A program made the position numbers and the translations under genes. The notes under the pieces were generated by a model. It was not told the DNA's origin. It searched no databases and saw only the letters and a program-made list of their open reading frames with translations. Shown in pieces: positions 58,161 through 64,000 of a stretch of 64,000 nt of DNA (position 1 is its first letter; each line of letters starts with the position of its first letter). The stretch is from positions 1 through 64,000 of the IMG/VR virus record IMGVR_UViG_3300033120_000865. One strand, 5' to 3'. Source of the DNA: a virus (lineage: Duplodnaviria; Caudoviricetes).

Positions 58161-59116
58161 TGAGTGATATAAATAATATATTAACAGGACTTAAGATTCC
58201 TGCACAAATACCTTTAGATGCAAAATTATATAGTGCTTCTCAAAGTGTATTAACTAATTTAGGAACTGACAATAATCTTGCATATACTTATTATAGTGGT
58301 ATGATTGTTTATTGTGTACAAGAAAAAACTAGATGGGAATGGAGAGAAGTAGTAGGTTCAGAAGAAGGATTATTACCAAGTAATTTTCAATATCCTACAG
58401 GTCTCTTTGTTTTTGGAATAGATTATTCAAATAAGATTTATAATTTTTTTGAAATTATAGGTAATACAATTCCTGTTGTTCAAGATAATTTTGTAAGAAC
58501 TTTAGAGATTCAAAGTGCATCATTACCTAATCCTTATACAACTATTGATATATGTACATATATATTATCTCTTCCAGAAGAAGATAGAACTATTCTTGAA
58601 ACAGATAGTAAATGGAATGTAGTTATAAAAAAACTTGAAAGTATTCTTATAATAGAGATATATGAAATTATTAATATAGGAAAAGGTATAATTAATTTTA
58701 TCTCTAGTTCAAATTTATTAAGAATAGAACAAAATGTTTCTGAATATATTGCAAATAATATGGACTCTTTATTACCTTATAAAAGTTATATAGCAATACT
58801 AACTCAAGAAGGAACTACAGCTCCTAATGCTCAAGTAGTATTTAATAATACAGGTATCACTTTTACATATACTAGATTAGGAGAAGGAGAATATCATATA
58901 GTAGCAGACACTTTGTTACCTACTACATATCCTCAAAAAATAGTTCCTAGACTAACTAATGGATATTGTGATGGTGTAAATGGAGTAGCTTATGATAATG
59001 ATGGAGTAGGTTTAAGAATCTTTTGTAGGTCTATAAGTAGTGTTCCAGGAGACCAAGGACAGTTTAGAGATGGAACCTTATTTAATGATGTTTTAGAAAT
59101 AAGAATATATAATTAA
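58160..59116 (+). CDS. putative structural/fibre protein with repeated C-terminal domain
   Basis: PLDAK, YSGMIVY; C-terminal YKSYIAILTQ...EIRIYN. Confidence 0.65.
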   Translation: MSDINNILTGLKIPAQIPLDAKLYSASQSVLTNLGTDNNLAYTYYSGMIVYCVQEKTRWEWREVVGSEEGLLPSNFQYPTGLFVFGIDYSNKIYNFFEIIGNTIPVVQDNFVRTLEIQSASLPNPYTTIDICTYILSLPEEDRTILETDSKWNVVIKKLESILIIEIYEIINIGKGIINFISSSNLLRIEQNVSEYIANNMDSLLPYKSYIAILTQEGTTAPNAQVVFNNTGITFTYTRLGEGEYHIVADTLLPTTYPQKIVPRLTNGYCDGVNGVAYDNDGVGLRIFCRSISSVPGDQGQFRDGTLFNDVLEIRIYN

Positions 59117-59119
59117 TTT

Positions 59120-59986
59120 ATGAAAAGAATAGTAATTGCAAACATAGAAAGTGGGTTTCAAAAAAGAGAGTGTAAAACACAATCAAAAAAAGATTGTAGT
59201 TGCCATTCTAATTCTCATAATAATTTTAATCAAAATAATAAAATAAAAAGTTTCATTATATATAATGAAACTTCTTTTAATAATCCTTTACAACAATTAG
59301 TAAATATTATTAATCAAGATAATATTATACTTGATGAATTTGAAATAGGTTTTATTAATTTTTATGATGATGAACAAAGAATAATACAATACCTTTTTGG
59401 TCCAGGAAAAGGAAGTTATGGATTAAATGGTATATTAGTAACTACTGATATGTTTGTGAGAGTAGAACATTTACAATTATCTACAGCCATAACAGATAAT
59501 TCATTAGGGTCTAATGGAACAGATATTATATCTTCTGATGTAAAAATAATAAGTTTTTATAATGAACATTTTAAACTTATAGACTCTCCATATAATATAT
59601 CTAATATAATTGGAGGGCATACAGTATTAAGTTTATCTGATGATTTTATAGAATCTTTAATAAGAACAGGAGATTTTAGCACTTTCTTAATTGGTAGTAT
59701 TACAGATTCAAATAGTGCTGCAAGTACTCTTTCTTTAAATGCTAATAATTTTGAAAATTATTATACTTTTTTAGGTACAACTACTACTTGGACAGTTCCT
59801 ATTATTGGAGGAAATTATAAAAAGAAAATTACTGTTATAAATCAAGGTTCTGGTATTATAACTTTAAACTCTAATTTAGGAGGAAATGATTTTTTATTAA
59901 GTGGCACATTAGTTAATACAATTAATATATCTTCTGGAGAAATTTTATTATTATATAATAATGGAATAAAATGGTGTGTATTGTAG
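59120..59986 (+). CDS. putative tail/head fibre protein
   Basis: Beta-rich C-terminus ITVINQGSGIITL...NGIKW. Confidence 0.55.
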   Translation: MKRIVIANIESGFQKRECKTQSKKDCSCHSNSHNNFNQNNKIKSFIIYNETSFNNPLQQLVNIINQDNIILDEFEIGFINFYDDEQRIIQYLFGPGKGSYGLNGILVTTDMFVRVEHLQLSTAITDNSLGSNGTDIISSDVKIISFYNEHFKLIDSPYNISNIIGGHTVLSLSDDFIESLIRTGDFSTFLIGSITDSNSAASTLSLNANNFENYYTFLGTTTTWTVPIIGGNYKKKITVINQGSGIITLNSNLGGNDFLLSGTLVNTINISSGEILLLYNNGIKWCVL

Positions 59987-60037
59987 TATTATATATAATA
60001 AAATAATTAACTTTGTACTGTATTAAATAATAATAAA

Positions 60038-60475
60038 ATGAAACAAAATTTAGGTAAAACAATAAAAGATATATATCATAAAATTTCATGTCTTGAAAAT
60101 AAATTAAAAAATTCTACTTCTACTGACTTAAGGTTATATAAAGTCTATACTGCATTACTAACTCAAACAGGAACAAATGACCCTATTCCTACTATTTTAG
60201 AGAATACTCTTGGGGAATTAAATTTTAGTTATTTAGATGTTGGTAAGTATGAAATAAGTTCTTTAAACTTATTTACTAATAATAAAACTACTATATTTTT
60301 TGGTAATGTTATTAATAATGCAAATGCACAATTAGGTAATGTTACATGTCAAGGTGAAGATATTTCAGATAGTTCTATTCCATTTGTAGTAAATGGTGAT
60401 TTTGTATCAGGAGCATTAGATATAAGTAATAACTTATTATTAAAAACTTTAGTTGAAATTAAAGTTTATTATTAA
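60038..60475 (+). CDS. putative structural protein with repeated C-terminal domain
   Basis: YKVYTALLTQTGT...EIKVYY. Confidence 0.6.
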   Translation: MKQNLGKTIKDIYHKISCLENKLKNSTSTDLRLYKVYTALLTQTGTNDPIPTILENTLGELNFSYLDVGKYEISSLNLFTNNKTTIFFGNVINNANAQLGNVTCQGEDISDSSIPFVVNGDFVSGALDISNNLLLKTLVEIKVYY

Positions 60476-60514
60476 AATATATAAGTTTTATATTAATTAC
60501 TAAAATACAAATAC

Positions 60515-60907
60515 ATGGAACAAATCAAAGAAATTATTATTACAAATTTTACAACAATTTTTGCATCTCTATTTGGAGGTGGCTCTTTATATGCTTATTT
60601 TATTGAAAAAAGAAAAAACAAAGCAATAACAAATCAAGAAGTAGCAAAAGCTGGTCAAGAAGAAGCTACAGCTTTATCAAATATGAGACAAGCTTATAAG
60701 GATTTTACAGAAGACATGACTAAGAGATATGATGAGTTAAGTACAGAAGTAGAAAGTTTAAAAAAAAAGCTGGCAACTGTTACAACTCAAGTAAAAGAGG
60801 AAGAGAATAAATATGATACTTTGAAAGTATCATATGATAAGTTGAAAGTCTCCTATGACAATTTAAAGAAAGAGTTTGATAATTATAAGAAAAAACATTT
60901 AAAATAA
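60515..60907 (+). CDS. N-terminal TM plus coiled-coil protein (holin/antiholin-like candidate)
   Basis: IFASLFGGGSLYAYF then coiled coil. Confidence 0.5.
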   Translation: MEQIKEIIITNFTTIFASLFGGGSLYAYFIEKRKNKAITNQEVAKAGQEEATALSNMRQAYKDFTEDMTKRYDELSTEVESLKKKLATVTTQVKEEENKYDTLKVSYDKLKVSYDNLKKEFDNYKKKHLK

Positions 60908-62224
60908 ATGATAAAAAAACAAATCATAGACTATTTACTGTCTAATTCTGGAAAGTTAAAAGATGGTGAAACATGGTATGATATTGGATTAAGGTTTGGG
61001 ATAGAACCTAAAGACAAAAAAAGAGCAGAGACAGATGATGCCTATAAAGTATCATCTGTCACTAAGAAAGCAAATGATATATGGAGGTATTATTTAACAA
61101 TAAAAAATACTCTAAAATTATCTAAAGAAACATACCAAAATGGTAAATTAAAGTTTGAAACCTTTAAAAATATACCAGAAGAAGTTAAGATTAACCATGA
61201 AGATTTTGATATTGAAAGAATGACTACCAGTCCTTATGGTGGTGCATGGATTAAACTAAAGAAAAAAGAAAAGATTTATGAAGAAGAACATCTTGATAAA
61301 TTAACAGAACTACTCAAAAAAGAATTAAATCCAATTAAATACAGACAACCAGAAACTACAAATGATAAAGCATTATTTATCTATGGGTCTGATAAGCATA
61401 TAGGTGCATTAACTAAAGAAGATTCTATATATACTAATAAATATGATAGAGAAGTAATGAGACAAAGAATTGTAATTAAAACTCTTGCTATTATTCAAGA
61501 CAATATACAATTACATGGAGAATTTGACTCATTATATATTATGGATTTAGGAGATGCTTTAGATGGATTTAATCAAAAGACTACTGGAGGATTAAGAGGA
61601 ACATCCTCACACACATTACCTCAACAATTAAATAATAGAGAGCAACATGATTATTATGTAGAATTACATAAAGAATTATTTGATAGTATTATGGCATGTA
61701 CATTTGCTAAAAATGTCTATTTTGTAGCTACAAGTAATAGTAATCATGGTGGAGATTTTGAGTATGGAGCAATGAGAAATCTTGAAACATATTTAAATAT
61801 TAAATTTCCTGACATTAAAACTTATGTGTCTTTTAAAGCTTATAATCATTTTGTATATGGAGAACATTGTATAATTTTTGGTCATGGGAAAGATGATGAA
61901 GATATGAAAAATGGACTACCATTAGTTTTAAATGATAAAGTATCTAATGTAATTGCTGATTATATTAGAGTTAACAAACTAGAAGATTATAATGTTACAT
62001 TTGTTTCTGGTGATTTACATCAGAGTGCTGAAACTTATGCTAAAAATTTTAGATATAAAAAAGTATTATCTCAATATGGTAGTTCAAAATGGATGCACAC
62101 AAACTTTGGTTCAGGTTCTCCTGGTATTTCTTCAGAAGTAATTATGAAGAATGATAATAAAATTTATAAATCAGATGAATTTTTTAACATTAGTAATCAA
62201 TCAAATACAGGAATTACCTTCTAA
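60908..62224 (+). CDS. metallophosphoesterase-domain protein
   Basis: SDKHIG, LGDALDG, SNHG, FGHG, GDLH. Confidence 0.8.
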   Translation: MIKKQIIDYLLSNSGKLKDGETWYDIGLRFGIEPKDKKRAETDDAYKVSSVTKKANDIWRYYLTIKNTLKLSKETYQNGKLKFETFKNIPEEVKINHEDFDIERMTTSPYGGAWIKLKKKEKIYEEEHLDKLTELLKKELNPIKYRQPETTNDKALFIYGSDKHIGALTKEDSIYTNKYDREVMRQRIVIKTLAIIQDNIQLHGEFDSLYIMDLGDALDGFNQKTTGGLRGTSSHTLPQQLNNREQHDYYVELHKELFDSIMACTFAKNVYFVATSNSNHGGDFEYGAMRNLETYLNIKFPDIKTYVSFKAYNHFVYGEHCIIFGHGKDDEDMKNGLPLVLNDKVSNVIADYIRVNKLEDYNVTFVSGDLHQSAETYAKNFRYKKVLSQYGSSKWMHTNFGSGSPGISSEVIMKNDNKIYKSDEFFNISNQSNTGITF

Positions 62225-62250
62225 TTAAAATTAATTTGTATCTTTGCTTT

Positions 62251-62967
62251 ATGGAAGAAGCAAAGATACAAATATTAGAATACTTTAAAGGTTTAGAATT
62301 TTATGAAGATGAACATAAATATATGTATCATTCTAAACCTATTAAAATATCTGTCTCTGGACTTATTAAACATTTTTATGAACCATTTGATTCATATAAT
62401 ATAAGTTTAAGGATAGCAAAAAGAGATGGAATAAGTCAAGAAGAAGTTTTAAAAGGATGGGATAATGAAGGAAAGAAAGGAATAAGTAAAGGTAATAAAG
62501 CTCACTTATTTGGAGAAGTATATCCATTTAATAAACATTTAGAACCTAATGATAAATATGATGAAGCTATTATAAAGTTTTGGAATGATTTACCATCTCA
62601 TATAGTACCTGTTATTATGGAGCTGAGAATGTTTCATAAAGAATATATGTTTGCTGGAACAGCAGATATTTTGTTGTATAATACAATTACTAAAATGTTT
62701 ATTATTGGAGATTATAAAACTAATAAAGATTTATTTAAAAATTTTAAAGGTAAGAAAATGCTAGGTCCATTTAAAGATTTACTTGATTCTCCTTTTAATC
62801 ATTATCAATTACAATTATCTTTTTATCAGATACTATTTGAACAATGTGGTTTAAAGGTATCTTCAAGAAAATTAATATGGCTATTGTCTGATGGTACATA
62901 TAATATGTATGATTTAGAAGATTATACTAAAGTTTTAAAAGAACAACTACAAATACTAAAAATTTAA
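62251..62967 (+). CDS. PD-(D/E)XK exonuclease (Cas4/RecB-like)
   Basis: SVSGLI, GNKAH, E...AGTADIL...GDYKT, YQLQLSFY; ATG 62251 preferred as start. Confidence 0.85.
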   Translation: MEEAKIQILEYFKGLEFYEDEHKYMYHSKPIKISVSGLIKHFYEPFDSYNISLRIAKRDGISQEEVLKGWDNEGKKGISKGNKAHLFGEVYPFNKHLEPNDKYDEAIIKFWNDLPSHIVPVIMELRMFHKEYMFAGTADILLYNTITKMFIIGDYKTNKDLFKNFKGKKMLGPFKDLLDSPFNHYQLQLSFYQILFEQCGLKVSSRKLIWLLSDGTYNMYDLEDYTKVLKEQLQILKI

Positions 62968-62970
62968 ATA

Positions 62971-63429
62971 ATGGCATATCCAAAAAAAATAAAAGATAAT
63001 ACTACTAAAGAATTAATTCAATATATTTTAGATAAATTAAGAATGCAAAAAAGTGTACAAAGTATTACAGGCACTTTTGTAGATAATACAGATGCATTAA
63101 ATCCTGTAATAGCTTTACCTTATAAATCATATAAAGCATTAATAACACAATCTGGTACAGATAAACCAACAGCAGTAGTGTTAGAAAATAGTATAGGAAC
63201 AGTCTCTTTTCAGTATATCTCTGCTGGTATATATAGACTAATCACAAGTAATTTTAATGTGAATAAAGTTAGTGTAGATATTAATCAAGGAAGAGTAGAT
63301 TCAACAAGAAGTCTTGTAGGAGCTTTTTATGGTGGTGGTGGAGTTACAGAAATAACTTCTATTGCTAATGTTACTCCTACAAATGGGATATTAAATAAAA
63401 CAAGTATAGAGATAAAAGTATATAATTAA
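62971..63429 (+). CDS. putative structural protein with repeated C-terminal domain
   Basis: YKSYKALITQSGT...EIKVYN. Confidence 0.6.
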   Translation: MAYPKKIKDNTTKELIQYILDKLRMQKSVQSITGTFVDNTDALNPVIALPYKSYKALITQSGTDKPTAVVLENSIGTVSFQYISAGIYRLITSNFNVNKVSVDINQGRVDSTRSLVGAFYGGGGVTEITSIANVTPTNGILNKTSIEIKVYN

Positions 63430-63431
63430 TC

Positions 63432-64000
63432 ATGCTGATAAAAGAAATTATACAAAGGATATTATCCCTTTATTCAAAAGGTGTACAATCTCAATCTAGT
63501 AGATTGTCAGATAGACATGTTTATAATAAAATGGTAACTGTCAGAAGTAAACTTGTTGCTCAAGAAGCAAAAAAGAAACAAAAGATAAATCAATGGAGTT
63601 ATCAAACATTATCTTGTGTTGAACTTATTAAAGCTCAACCAAATGAATGTCCTTGTATAGCACCTCCTGGTTGTGAGATACTTAGAAGTAAATATCCTAT
63701 TCCTAAACCAATAACAGATTTAAATAAACATTTAATTCAATCTGTTACTAGCTTAGATGGAGATGTTATTTTTTCTGAGATAACTTGGATTGAAAAGAAA
63801 TATAAAGCATTTAATAAATACACAGCAGATAAACCTGATTATTTTATTAGAAATAATTATCTATATATCACAAGTAGAAATGGGTTAAAAGTTATAACTA
63901 TAACTGGATTATTTGATAATCCTATTGAGGTTTATAACTTTCCATCTTATTGTGAGGATTGTATTGATTGTCAAGAATGTGTAAGTCCATTAGATATGGA
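63432..64000 (+). CDS. tail ring-like structural protein (partial, runs off window end)
   Basis: Manual translation MLIKEIIQRILSLYSKG...YQTLSCVELI...ECPC...ILRSKYPIPKP. Confidence 0.7.
   Translation, partial: MLIKEIIQRILSLYSKGVQSQSSRLSDRHVYNKMVTVRSKLVAQEAKKKQKINQWSYQTLSCVELIKAQPNECPCIAPPGCEILRSKYPIPKPITDLNKHLIQSVTSLDGDVIFSEITWIEKKYKAFNKYTADKPDYFIRNNYLYITSRNGLKVITITGLFDNPIEVYNFPSYCEDCIDCQECVSPLDM

Noticed and set aside
62251-62967. CRISPR-associated Cas4
   Set aside because: No Fe-S cysteine cluster and no cas or array context; treated as a stand-alone phage PD-(D/E)XK nuclease.
1-64000. Genome-wide stop-codon reassignment (TAG or TGA), known in some crAss-like phages
   Set aside because: Long genes are intact in code 11, TGA and TAG end genes at tight overlaps, and no suppressor tRNA was seen; only one in-frame TGA was found.

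Overview
About 64 kb of a very AT-rich (roughly 25-27% GC by eye) lytic dsDNA phage genome with crAss-like (Crassvirales-type) architecture. The host is probably Bacteroidota: intergenic TAnnTTTG promoter boxes, no Shine-Dalgarno sites and a Bacteroidota-style tmRNA. Positions 1-43.5 kb are read on the minus strand: early genes, then replication and nucleotide metabolism (PolA, primase, four helicases, UDG, rIIA/B, NrdJ, ThyX, dUTPase) and candidate anti-defence genes. From 43.9 kb the plus strand carries lysozyme, terminase, portal, capsid and tail ring genes. The main finding, missed by the ORF track, is a phage tmRNA gene (32536-33599, minus). It is split in its T-loop by a complete group I intron carrying a LAGLIDADG homing endonuclease, and it encodes an unusually long 36-aa proteolysis tag. 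Other observations: a tRNA-shaped RNA with a 12-nt anticodon loop, several unexplained structured RNA elements, near-total CG (and GATC) avoidance, a P-loop ATPase with Walker B before Walker A, a KLLL(I)L C-terminus shared by unrelated proteins, and three genes each broken by one lesion. All calls come from reading motifs by eye; no database searches were run.
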